A DNA stretch of 64,000 nucleotides. It comes from Azorhizobium sp. AG788. GTDB lineage: Bacteria; Pseudomonadota; Alphaproteobacteria; Rhizobiales; Xanthobacteraceae. Position 1 is the first letter of the stretch. Each line of letters opens with the position of its first letter. Positions 16,970 through 25,561 of the stretch are shown here, piece after piece. Position numbers and translations under genes: made by a program. The notes beneath the pieces are model-generated. The model had not been told where the DNA came from, ran no database searches, and worked only from the letters and a program-made list of their open reading frames with translations. The DNA is taken from the NCBI GenBank assembly GCA_943369575.1, contig CALRNP020000001.1, positions 1,129 to 65,128 on the forward strand, given 5' to 3'.

Positions 16970-18055
16970 TCATTCGGCGGGGGCACGCGCGGGGGTATGA
17001 CCCGGCGGCGATGGCAGCACGCCCGTGGCCCGCAGCAGGCGGAACAGATAGGGCGCGGACAGGATGACCAGGAAGATGCGGACCAGATGGAAGGCGACGA
17101 TGATCGGCACATCGAGATGCAACACCTTGGCCGTGATGCACATTTCGGTGACGCCTCCGGGGGAGGTGGCCAGGATCATGTTGGCTGGGGAGATGCCGGT
17201 GGCATACGCCACCAGCACGCCGACGGTGGCGCATCCGGCCATCAGCACCACCAAGTTCACCAGCGCGGCGGGAATGAACCGCCGCATGCTGTAGATGAGC
17301 GTGCGCTCGAACTGCGAGCCCACCTGGGCGCCGATCAGCACCTGGCCCGCCGCCGAGAGCCAGGGCGGGATGGCGGATAGGTTGGCTTCCGACAGGCCCA
17401 GCACGCAGCCCACCGCCATGGGCCCCAGCAGCCAGGCGTTGCGGAACCGAAACCGCGCCAGCACGGCGGAGAAGGCAAAGCCCGCCGCCAATGTCACCAC
17501 CAGCCCCAACGGGGCGAACGGCAGAACGCCATGGACGTTCGTGCTGTTGCCCCCGGCGCCGAACAGCGTCAGCGTGCTGGGGATGAGGATGGTGACCGAG
17601 ACCACGCGCAGCAATTGCGTCACCGCGATGGGGAGTGGCCGCCCGCCGAACCGTTCCCCGACCATGCTCATTTCGGCGATGCCGCCCGGCACGCTGCAGA
17701 AGAAGGCGGTGACGTGATCCACCCGCGCGGTCTTGGCCAGCAGGAAGGACGCGCCGGCGCCGACCACCAGGGTGGTCCCGCTCGCTGCGATGATCACCGG
17801 CAAGTAGGAGAGCACGGCCATGGCCGCCTCCGGGGTAAAATAGAGTCCCAGCGCGATCCCGAGAACCAGCATGCCGGCGATGCGGCCCTCGTTGGAGCCG
17901 GTCACCGGCAGGCCGAGAAAGGTGGCCAACCCGCTGAAGACGATGGGGCCGATCATCCACGGCAAGGGGGTGCCGATCCAGGCGAACAGGGCGCCGCCGG
18001 CCGCGCTGATGGCAAGGCCGAGCGCGACCCGGCGGAGATAACCGTGTGTGCGCAT
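16970..18055 (-). CDS. AbrB-family integral membrane protein (COG3180, 'putative ammonia monooxygenase' type; probable transporter)
   Basis: 361 aa from ATG 18055. It is highly hydrophobic with an internally duplicated architecture (GTPLPWMIGPIVFSG... and ...NAWLLGPMAVG...; GGIAEMS / GGVTEMC motifs). Confidence 0.7.
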   Translation of the reverse strand: MRTHGYLRRVALGLAISAAGGALFAWIGTPLPWMIGPIVFSGLATFLGLPVTGSNEGRIAGMLVLGIALGLYFTPEAAMAVLSYLPVIIAASGTTLVVGAGASFLLAKTARVDHVTAFFCSVPGGIAEMSMVGERFGGRPLPIAVTQLLRVVSVTILIPSTLTLFGAGGNSTNVHGVLPFAPLGLVVTLAAGFAFSAVLARFRFRNAWLLGPMAVGCVLGLSEANLSAIPPWLSAAGQVLIGAQVGSQFERTLIYSMRRFIPAALVNLVVLMAGCATVGVLVAYATGISPANMILATSPGGVTEMCITAKVLHLDVPIIVAFHLVRIFLVILSAPYLFRLLRATGVLPSPPGHTPARAPAE

Positions 18056-18066
18056 GGGAGGAGTGT

Positions 18067-19086
18067 TCAACTCGCGATCAGCAGCGGCGCCTTCGAAAAG
18101 GCGAGGCCTTCGGCATATTGCAGACAGCGGGCCTGCTGCCCGCCCCCGAGTGGTAGGAGATCCGGTTGCTGGCCGATGCACGGCTCGCGCGCGGCGGCAC
18201 AGCGCGGGGCGAAGGCGCAGCCGGGGGGCAGGTCGGTGAGGTCCGGCGGCGCGCCGGGAATGGGATCGAGCGCCACGCCGCGCATGTCGGCATGGATGGT
18301 CGAGTTCATAAGGCCCTGGGTGTAGGGGTGGCGCGGCTGGTCGATGACCTGTTCCACCGTTCCGGTCTCCACGAACTTGCCCGCGTACATCACCGCCACC
18401 TGGTCCGCGACCTCGCACGCCACCCCCAGATCGTGGGTCACGAAGATGGTGGCCATGCCCAGTTCGCGCTGCAGTTCCCGCAGCAGCAGCAGGATCTGGA
18501 TCTGGACGGTGGCATCAAGCGCGGTGGTGGGCTCGTCGGCCAGCAGCAGCTTGGGCTTGCAGGCGAGTGCCAGGGCGATCATCGCCCGCTGGCGCAGGCC
18601 GCCGGACAATTCGTGCGGATAGGCCTCCAGCCGCCGCTTGGCGGAAGGCACCTGCACCAGTTCCAGCAATTGCAGGGCGCGGGCGTTGGCAGCGCGGAAC
18701 GAGATGCCCTCGTGATAGACCAGGGTTTCGGCGATCTGCTGGCCGATGGTGAACACCGGATCCAGCGCGGTCATGGGCTCCTGGAAGATCATGGAAATCA
18801 GCCCGCCGCGGATGCGGCGCAGCTGGTGCTCCGCCAGGGCCAGCACGTCGATGCCATCCACGCGGATCGCGCCATCCAGCCGCGCGGTAGGCGGAAACAG
18901 GCGCATCAGCGCCCGCATGGTCACGCTCTTGCCCGAGCCGGATTCTCCCAGGATGCAGAGGGAGGAGCCACGATCCAGGGTGAAGGACACGCCATTGACC
19001 ACCGGCACATCCAGGTCGCGGCCGGTGAAGCGGACGGTGAGGTCATTGACCTCGACCAGGGGGGCGGTGATGTCGGGGGCGGTCAA
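18067..19086 (-). CDS. ABC transporter ATP-binding protein (DppD/OppD-like)
   Basis: Walker A GESGSGKS, signature LSGGLRQR, Walker B LLLADEPT and an oligopeptide C-terminal extension. The TTG start at 19086 has SD GGAAGGAGG 6 nt upstream and overlaps the upstream stop as TTGA. Confidence 0.85.
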   Translation of the reverse strand: MTAPDITAPLVEVNDLTVRFTGRDLDVPVVNGVSFTLDRGSSLCILGESGSGKSVTMRALMRLFPPTARLDGAIRVDGIDVLALAEHQLRRIRGGLISMIFQEPMTALDPVFTIGQQIAETLVYHEGISFRAANARALQLLELVQVPSAKRRLEAYPHELSGGLRQRAMIALALACKPKLLLADEPTTALDATVQIQILLLLRELQRELGMATIFVTHDLGVACEVADQVAVMYAGKFVETGTVEQVIDQPRHPYTQGLMNSTIHADMRGVALDPIPGAPPDLTDLPPGCAFAPRCAAAREPCIGQQPDLLPLGGGQQARCLQYAEGLAFSKAPLLIAS

Positions 19087-20186
19087 TGCAGGCCTCCTTC
19101 CACCGGCGCGGCGCTGTGGCCGGAGCCGGGGCGATGGGCGTGGCAGGCCACCGGATGGTTTCCGGCACCCCGGATCACGCCAAGGGCGGGCTCGCTCTGC
19201 GCGCACACCGCCTCGGCGATGGGGCAGCGGGTGCGGAAGCGGCAGCCGCTGGGCGGATTGATGGGGTTGGGCGGATCACCGGCCAGCGGTGGCTTGGACA
19301 TGCGCTGGCGCGGGTCCATGGACGGACGCGAGGACAGTAGGGCGCGGGTGTAAGGGTGCTTCGGGGCGCGATAGATCTCGTCCACCGGGCCGACTTCCAC
19401 CGCCTTGCCCAGATACATCACCAGTACGCGGTCGCTGATATATTGCACCACATTGAGGTCGTGGGAGATGAAGATGTAGGTCAGCTCCAGTTTCTGCTTC
19501 AGCTCCTGCAGCAGGTTCAAGACCTGAGCCTCGACGGACTTGTCCAAGGCCGAGACCGCCTCATCCAGGATCAGCAGGCGCGGCCCCATGGTGAGGGCGC
19601 GGGCGATATTGACCCGCTGGCGCTGGCCGCCGGACAATTCGTGCGGATAGCGCTGGGCGAACATGTCTGGCGTCAGGCCCACCATGCGTAGCATGGAGGT
19701 GGTCCGGGTCTTGGCCTCCTTCGCCGGCTTGCCCTGGGCGATGAGGCCGAAGGCGATGGAATCCTCGATGGTCATGCGCGGGTTGAGCGAGGAGTAGGAA
19801 TCTTGGAACACCATCTGCATCTGCCGGCGCAGATCCCGGACCGAGACACCGCGCAGCGCGCCCACTTCATCCCCGTCGAACACGATCTCGCCGGCATCCG
19901 GCGTCATCAGGTGCATGAGCAGGCGCGCGGTCGTGGACTTGCCGCAGCCGGACTCGCCGACGATGCCGAGGGTCTCGCCCTTGTGGACCACCAGATCGAC
20001 CCCATCCACCGCCTGGACCCAGGCTTGCGGGCGCCCCAGCAGGCCGCCGCGGATGGGAAAGTGCTTCTTCAGCCCCTCGACGATAAGCAGCGGCTGCGCC
20101 GGCCCGCCGCGGTCGCGCGGGTCGATGTCATTGGCGACGGCGGTCATGGCGGCACCTCGCGGTTGAGCCGAGCGGAGGAGAGACAT
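19083..20186 (-). CDS. ABC transporter ATP-binding protein (DppF/OppF-like)
   Basis: Walker A GESGCGKS, signature LSGGQRQR and Walker B LLILDEAVS. SD GGGAGGA lies upstream of ATG 20186. Confidence 0.85.
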   Translation of the reverse strand: MSLLRSAQPRGAAMTAVANDIDPRDRGGPAQPLLIVEGLKKHFPIRGGLLGRPQAWVQAVDGVDLVVHKGETLGIVGESGCGKSTTARLLMHLMTPDAGEIVFDGDEVGALRGVSVRDLRRQMQMVFQDSYSSLNPRMTIEDSIAFGLIAQGKPAKEAKTRTTSMLRMVGLTPDMFAQRYPHELSGGQRQRVNIARALTMGPRLLILDEAVSALDKSVEAQVLNLLQELKQKLELTYIFISHDLNVVQYISDRVLVMYLGKAVEVGPVDEIYRAPKHPYTRALLSSRPSMDPRQRMSKPPLAGDPPNPINPPSGCRFRTRCPIAEAVCAQSEPALGVIRGAGNHPVACHAHRPGSGHSAAPVEGGLH

Positions 20187-20196
20187 GCCGTCCTCC

Positions 20197-21099
20197 CTAC
20201 TGCTTGACGTTCATGGCGCCGCGCAGGCCGTCGCTCATGAGGTTGAAGCACATGGAGGTGATGAAGATCATCACGCCGGGCAGCACGGCATTGAGCGGCG
20301 CCACATAGATGGACTGGCGCAGCGTGTTGAGCATCAGGCCCCATTCCGGCTCCGGCGGCGTGACGCCGAGACCGAGGAAGGACAGGCCCGCCGCGAGCAC
20401 GATGGAGACGCTGATCAGGCTGGAGGCATAGCTCAGGATCGGGCTCATCACATTGGGCACCACATGGGCGGTGACGATGCGCCAGTTGGCGGCGCCGGTG
20501 GCGCGGGCAGCCTCGATGAAATCCTGCGCGCGCATCTGCGTCGCCACGCTTTCCGCCACGCGGGCGATGGGCGGGATGAACACCAGGGTCAGGGAGAAGA
20601 TAGTGTTGCCGACACCGGCCCCGAGCACGCCGGAAATGGCCACCGCCAGGAGCACGGATGGGAAGGCGTAGAATACGTCGATGACGCGCATGATCACCAT
20701 GTTCACGGCGCCGCCCACATAGCCCGCGATCACGCCCAAGGTGCCGCCGATGGCGGTGGCCAGGATCACCGGCGCAAACCCCATGAACAGCGACAGTCGG
20801 CCGCCATAGATCAGCCGCGAGAGCAGGTCGCGGCCGAGTTCGTCGGTACCGAGCCAGTAGCGGGCATCGCCGGGGGCGATCAGCCGCCGCGCCATGCTGG
20901 TGCGATAGGGATCATGGGGGGCGACCCACGGTGCGAAGATGGCGGCCAGGAGGATGAGCATCAGCACGGCGAAGCACACCAGGCTCACCGGGTCGTGCAT
21001 CAGGCGGCGCAGCACATTGCGCCAGAAGCTGCGCGTGGCCGGGCGCTTGCCCTTGGCGGGGGCGCCGGAGCTGGCGAGGGCGATGGAGGGTTGCGACAT
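20197..21099 (-). CDS. ABC transporter permease (DppC/OppC-like)
   Basis: 300 aa, multi-pass, with the binding-protein-dependent transport EAA-type loop (FIEAARATGA). Confidence 0.9.
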   Translation of the reverse strand: MSQPSIALASSGAPAKGKRPATRSFWRNVLRRLMHDPVSLVCFAVLMLILLAAIFAPWVAPHDPYRTSMARRLIAPGDARYWLGTDELGRDLLSRLIYGGRLSLFMGFAPVILATAIGGTLGVIAGYVGGAVNMVIMRVIDVFYAFPSVLLAVAISGVLGAGVGNTIFSLTLVFIPPIARVAESVATQMRAQDFIEAARATGAANWRIVTAHVVPNVMSPILSYASSLISVSIVLAAGLSFLGLGVTPPEPEWGLMLNTLRQSIYVAPLNAVLPGVMIFITSMCFNLMSDGLRGAMNVKQ

Positions 21100-21111
21100 G
21101 AAAGGCTCCAG

Positions 21112-22065
21112 TCAGGCGCGCTTGATGCGGGGATCGACGGCGGTCTGCACCACATCGACGACGAGGTTGATCAGGACGAAGAACATGGCCAGCACCAGGA
21201 TCGTGCCCTGAAGCACCGGCAGATCGCGGGTGAAAATGGCGTTGTTCAAGAGAAAGCCGGTGCCGGGCCAGGAGAACACGGTCTCCACCAGAATTGAGCC
21301 ACCGAGCAATTGCGCCAGCTGCAGGCCCATCACCGCCAGCACTGCGGGCAGGGCGTTCTTGACCACATGGACGAAAATACGCCGGCCGGGCAGCCCCTTG
21401 GCCTGGAGCGTCTGCATGAAGTCCTGCTGGCGCACCTCGGCCACGGTGCCACGCACCGAGCGGGCGATGATGCCGGCCGGGATCACCGCCAGGGTCAGCG
21501 CCGGAAGGATGAGATATTGCAGGCTGTCCCAGCCGAAGCCGAAGGTGCCGGAGCCGCCTTCGCCCATGCCCGTGGCGGGCAAAAGATTGAGGTTGACCGC
21601 GAAGATCACCATCAGGACCATGCCGAGCCAGTAATGGGGAATGGACACGCCGGCGATGGACGCCGCCGTGACGATCCGGTCCGCCGGTTTGCCCACGAGA
21701 TAGCCGGACACGACGCCGGAGACGCAGCCCAGCACGAAGCCGAACAGCACGGCGGCGGACGCCAGGGTCAGTGTATTGACCAGAGCGGGTATGACTTCCG
21801 CCATCACCGGGCGCTGGGTCATGATGGATTCGCCGAAATCCCCCTGCGCCACATGGCCCAGCCATTTGAGATATTGCACCGGCAACGGTCGGTCGAAGCC
21901 GTAGGCGGTGCGGATCTGCGCCACGCGCTCGGGCGAAGCCCCCTCGGGAATGATCGCATTCAGCGGATCGCCCGGCGCAATGTGGATCAGCGCGAAGCAC
22001 ACCATCGAGACGCCCATGGCGATGGGGATGGTGTAGAGGATGCGGCGCAGCACATAGATCAGCAT
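21112..22065 (-). CDS. ABC transporter permease (DppB/OppB-like)
   Basis: 317 aa. The N-terminus MLIYVLRRILYTIPIAMGVSMVCFALIHIAPGDP is typical of DppB/OppB permeases. Confidence 0.9.
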   Translation of the reverse strand: MLIYVLRRILYTIPIAMGVSMVCFALIHIAPGDPLNAIIPEGASPERVAQIRTAYGFDRPLPVQYLKWLGHVAQGDFGESIMTQRPVMAEVIPALVNTLTLASAAVLFGFVLGCVSGVVSGYLVGKPADRIVTAASIAGVSIPHYWLGMVLMVIFAVNLNLLPATGMGEGGSGTFGFGWDSLQYLILPALTLAVIPAGIIARSVRGTVAEVRQQDFMQTLQAKGLPGRRIFVHVVKNALPAVLAVMGLQLAQLLGGSILVETVFSWPGTGFLLNNAIFTRDLPVLQGTILVLAMFFVLINLVVDVVQTAVDPRIKRA

Positions 22066-22173
22066 GGGGCGTCCTTTCGAGCGTCTGGCAGCCTCCCGGG
22101 CGCGCGTGCCGTCCGGGGATGGGCGCTGGGCCTGATCCGGTCGGAGCGCAGTGCGCGCCGACCGGATCCAGCA

Positions 22174-23811
22174 CTATTCGACGGTGACGGGCGTCAGATC
22201 CTGGAACCAGCTCTGGGCCTGGACGAAGCCCTTCACATTCGGCCGCATGGCGCGGGGATTGAGGTCGTGCACCACCCAGATCCACATGGCCTCATCGACG
22301 ATGTGGCTGTGCAATTCGGCCAGGATCTTGTTCTGCTCGGCGGGGTCGAACGCCGCCTTGGCCTTGAGCGACAGCTCATCGGTCTTGGCGTCCTTGAAGT
22401 CGCCCCAGTTGAAGCCGCCCGGCACCTTGGCGAAGGAGGCTGCGGTGCCGATCAGGCCAATGTCTGGGTCCCAATAGGCCCAGCTGTTGTTGATGCCGTG
22501 CCGGCCCTTGTTCTCCGGCGCCCAGGCCCCGAGGCGGCGGCGGGCGCGCAGGGCCTCCCAGTCCAGCACCTCGAATTCCAGGTCGATGCCCACGTCCTTG
22601 AAGTTCTCCTTGATGAACTCGTTCATGGGCAGGGGCAGCATCTGCCCCGAGCCGGACGGGGAGATGATGAACTTGGCCTTCACCGGCTTGTCGGGGCCGT
22701 AGCCCGCTTCCTTCAGCAGCTTCTTGGCCCCTTCGGGATCGTATTTGATCTCGAAGGTGGGCTTGCCGAACCAGGGATGCTTTTCGTCCACCATGCCCTT
22801 GGCCGGGGCGGCGAGGCCGCCCAGCAGCTTCACCAGCCCCTCGCGATCGATGGCGAGGTTGGCGGCCTTGCGCACGCGGACGTCCTTGAACGGCGAATCC
22901 TCCAGGAAGGAGAGCTGGTAGGGCCAGACATGGGGATAGAGATTGGTGACGATCTGCATCTTCTGCGACTTGAGGCGCGGCACCGCGTCCGGCGGCGGCG
23001 CCTCGATCCAGTCCACCTGGCCCGACAGCAGCGCGGCGACGCGGGTGTTGGCGTCGGGGATGGGCAGCAGCACCAGCCGCTCCGACTTGGGGATGCGGGT
23101 CTTGTCCCAGTGATTGGGGTTGCGGACCATCTCCGCCCGCTCGCGCGGCTTGAAGGATTCGAGAATCCATGGCCCGGTGCCGGAGGGTTTTTCGGCGAAC
23201 TTGCTCCAGTCCTTGCCAAGATCCTCCCAGCGCTTGGGGCTGGACATGAACAGGCCGGCAAGATTGTAGGGCAGGACCGCATCCACCCGCTTGGTAATGA
23301 CCTCCACCGTATAGTCGTCGATCTTGCGCCAGGAGCCGATGTTCGCGTCATAGGAGGCGGCCTGATTGGCCTGCGCCTGGTCGAACTGCGGTGCATCGGT
23401 CTTCATCAGCTTGTCGAAGTTCCACACCACCGCATCGGCGTTGAACTCGGAGCCGTCATGGAATTTCACCCCCTGCCGCAACTTGAAAGTCCAGATCTTC
23501 TGGTCCTTGGGGTCGACGATCCAGCTCTCGGCAAGGTCCGGAATGACCTGCGCCGCCTTGTCCGCCTTGGACAGGTCCCAGCGGGTGAGGCCGTCATAGA
23601 GCGTGATGCCCAGGAAGCGGATGCCTTCCGCGCCCTGGCTTGGCTGGCCGGTGGTGAGGGGAATGTCGGCGGCGGTCATGGCCACCCGCAGAACGCCCGG
23701 CTTGCTTTGCGCCTGAGCCGGCTCCAGGCCCAGTCCCAGCCCGGTAGCCGTCAGCGACACCGCCGTCAGCGATACCCCCGAAAGCAGCTTCATAAACGAA
23801 CGTCTGTTCAT
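22174..23811 (-). CDS. ABC transporter substrate-binding protein, family 5 (DppA/OppA/NikA-like)
   Basis: 545 aa with a signal peptide (MNRRSFMKLLSGVSLTAVSLTATGLGLGLEPAQA). The family-5 pattern is present (...LRQGVKFHDGSEFNADAVVWNF..., GTGPW...). Confidence 0.9.
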   Translation of the reverse strand: MNRRSFMKLLSGVSLTAVSLTATGLGLGLEPAQAQSKPGVLRVAMTAADIPLTTGQPSQGAEGIRFLGITLYDGLTRWDLSKADKAAQVIPDLAESWIVDPKDQKIWTFKLRQGVKFHDGSEFNADAVVWNFDKLMKTDAPQFDQAQANQAASYDANIGSWRKIDDYTVEVITKRVDAVLPYNLAGLFMSSPKRWEDLGKDWSKFAEKPSGTGPWILESFKPRERAEMVRNPNHWDKTRIPKSERLVLLPIPDANTRVAALLSGQVDWIEAPPPDAVPRLKSQKMQIVTNLYPHVWPYQLSFLEDSPFKDVRVRKAANLAIDREGLVKLLGGLAAPAKGMVDEKHPWFGKPTFEIKYDPEGAKKLLKEAGYGPDKPVKAKFIISPSGSGQMLPLPMNEFIKENFKDVGIDLEFEVLDWEALRARRRLGAWAPENKGRHGINNSWAYWDPDIGLIGTAASFAKVPGGFNWGDFKDAKTDELSLKAKAAFDPAEQNKILAELHSHIVDEAMWIWVVHDLNPRAMRPNVKGFVQAQSWFQDLTPVTVE

Positions 23812-23892
23812 GGACGGAAACCTTCCCTGCTCATGTCCGGTTGCTCGTCGTGCGTTTCCCAGAACCTGGCGACCGTTGGCGGCCGCTCGTTG

Positions 23893-25323
23893 TCATTGCG
23901 CGGCCAGGGCTTGCGCTGGCGCGTCGATCTCGGGCCGCCGGTGGCGGAATTGGGTGGCCCGCTCAAAGGCGTGCCCCAGGCGCAGCACCAGGGCATCCTC
24001 GCCCGGCCGGCCCGCAAGCTGCATGCCCAGCGGCAGACCGGCGGCGTCGAACCCGTTGCAAAGGGCAAGGGCAGGTTGGCCGGTCAGGTTGAATTGCGCG
24101 GTCAGGGAGGGCGTCTTCGCCCCGAAGAAGGTGGGCGGCTCGTCGGGCAGCAACTCCGGCGCCGGATGGGCGCTGCCGGCGGTGAGCAGGATGTCCACAT
24201 TCTTCATCACGGCGAAGGTGATGGCGGTGAGCTCGGCCCGCGCCCGCATGGCCTGCACATAGTCATCCGCCCGCAGCAGGGCGCCGGCGAGGATGCGGAA
24301 GCGCATGCTGCGGCCAAAATCCCGCGGCCGGGTGCGCAGATCGTGCTCATGCAGCGTGAAGATTTCCGCGGCGGTCAGCGGCATCTTGGAGTCGGTGAAG
24401 GTCCGCAGGCTCGGCAGGCTCACCTCCGAGACGATGCAGCCCAGGCGCCGAAAGGTCGCGATGCTCGCATCCATGGCGGCAATCACCGCCGGGTCGGCCT
24501 CCAGCTCGTCTTCATACCAGTGCCGTACCACGCCGATGCGCAGCCCTGCCACCGGCGCATTCAGGCCGGCGGCATAGTCCTCCGCTGGCAGATCCAGCGA
24601 GCCGGGATCGCCTGGATCGTAGCCGGCCATGACCTTGAGCATCAGGGCGCAATCCTCCACCGTCCAGGCCATCGGCCCGCAATGATCGAAGGAATAGGAA
24701 TTCGGCTGCACCCCGTAGCGGCTAACCAAGCCATAGGTGGGCTTGAGGCCGGCGATGCCGCACACGCTGGCCGGCATGCGGATGGAGCCACCCGTGTCGC
24801 TGCCCGTGGCTGCCGGACACAGGCCGGCGGCAATGGACGCGCCGGCACCGCTGGATGAGCCCATGGGCGAGCGCGAGAGGTCCCAGGGATTGCGGGCCGG
24901 CGGCCAGGGGAGGTCGAACGAGGGGCCGCCCATGGCGAATTCCCAGGTGGCCTGCTTGCCCAGCAGCACGCCGCCGCCCGCCCGCAGCCGCGCCTGCACG
25001 GCGCTGTCCTGCGTCGGCACATGGGTTGCCAGCAGCTTGGAGTGCGCCGTCGTCAACAGGCCGGCGGTGTCATAGATGTCCTTCAGGCCATAGGGGATGC
25101 CCTGCATGGGGCTGGTGTCGATGCCCTGCGCGAACAGGCGCTCCGCCGCACGGGCCTCGTCCAGCGCCCGCTCCGGCGTCAGGGTGATGAAGCTGTTCAG
25201 CGTGCTGTCCAGCGCCGCGATGCGGGCGAGATAGGCTTGGGTGAGTTCCACCGGAGAGAGCGTGCGGGCACGGAACCGGCGCCCGGCCTCGGCAATCGTC
25301 AGCTCGTGCAGGGGCGTGCCCAT
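23893..25323 (-). CDS. Amidase-signature family amidase (AtzE/GatA-like subgroup), copy A2
   Basis: 476 aa from ATG 25323, with IPYGLKDI, MGSSSGAGASI and GSDTGGSIRMPA. It is strongly similar along its whole length to A1 ([43 protein letters not shown]). Confidence 0.9.
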   Translation of the reverse strand: MGTPLHELTIAEAGRRFRARTLSPVELTQAYLARIAALDSTLNSFITLTPERALDEARAAERLFAQGIDTSPMQGIPYGLKDIYDTAGLLTTAHSKLLATHVPTQDSAVQARLRAGGGVLLGKQATWEFAMGGPSFDLPWPPARNPWDLSRSPMGSSSGAGASIAAGLCPAATGSDTGGSIRMPASVCGIAGLKPTYGLVSRYGVQPNSYSFDHCGPMAWTVEDCALMLKVMAGYDPGDPGSLDLPAEDYAAGLNAPVAGLRIGVVRHWYEDELEADPAVIAAMDASIATFRRLGCIVSEVSLPSLRTFTDSKMPLTAAEIFTLHEHDLRTRPRDFGRSMRFRILAGALLRADDYVQAMRARAELTAITFAVMKNVDILLTAGSAHPAPELLPDEPPTFFGAKTPSLTAQFNLTGQPALALCNGFDAAGLPLGMQLAGRPGEDALVLRLGHAFERATQFRHRRPEIDAPAQALAAQ

Positions 25324-25327
25324 GGGC

Positions 25328-25546
25328 TCAGTCTTCCCGCGGCATGAATTTGCGGGGATCGAACACATGGGCGGGCTCGTCGGCGCGGTCACGTCCGCGT
25401 CGCAGCCGCATCAGCATGGGCTCCACGTTGCCATATGCCTGGACCAGTTCCTCGAACAGGTCCGGGGGCAGATCGAGGCCGGCGTTGCGGGCCAGGATGG
25501 CGATCTCCTCGCGGGTGGCGGGCCGTGGCGGAACGGTGGTGGCCAT
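25328..25546 (-). CDS. GatC/AtzG-like small protein, copy G1
   Basis: 72 aa: MATTVPPRPATREEIAILARNAGLDLPPDLFEELVQAYGNVEPMLMRLRRGRDRADEPAHVFDP.... This is a GatC-like layout. SD AGGGAG is upstream. It lies 15 nt after the A1 stop and 4 nt before the A2 start. Confidence 0.6.
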   Translation of the reverse strand: MATTVPPRPATREEIAILARNAGLDLPPDLFEELVQAYGNVEPMLMRLRRGRDRADEPAHVFDPRKFMPRED

Positions 25547-25561
25547 GGTCGTGAGCTCCCT

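Noticed and set aside
21310-24858. 1182-aa plus-strand ORF, the longest in the track
   Set aside because: It runs antisense to well-supported genes (DppB-like permease, family-5 SBP, amidase A2). The translation is Arg/Gly/Ala/His-rich low-complexity with no motifs. This is the classic shadow ORF of high-GC DNA.
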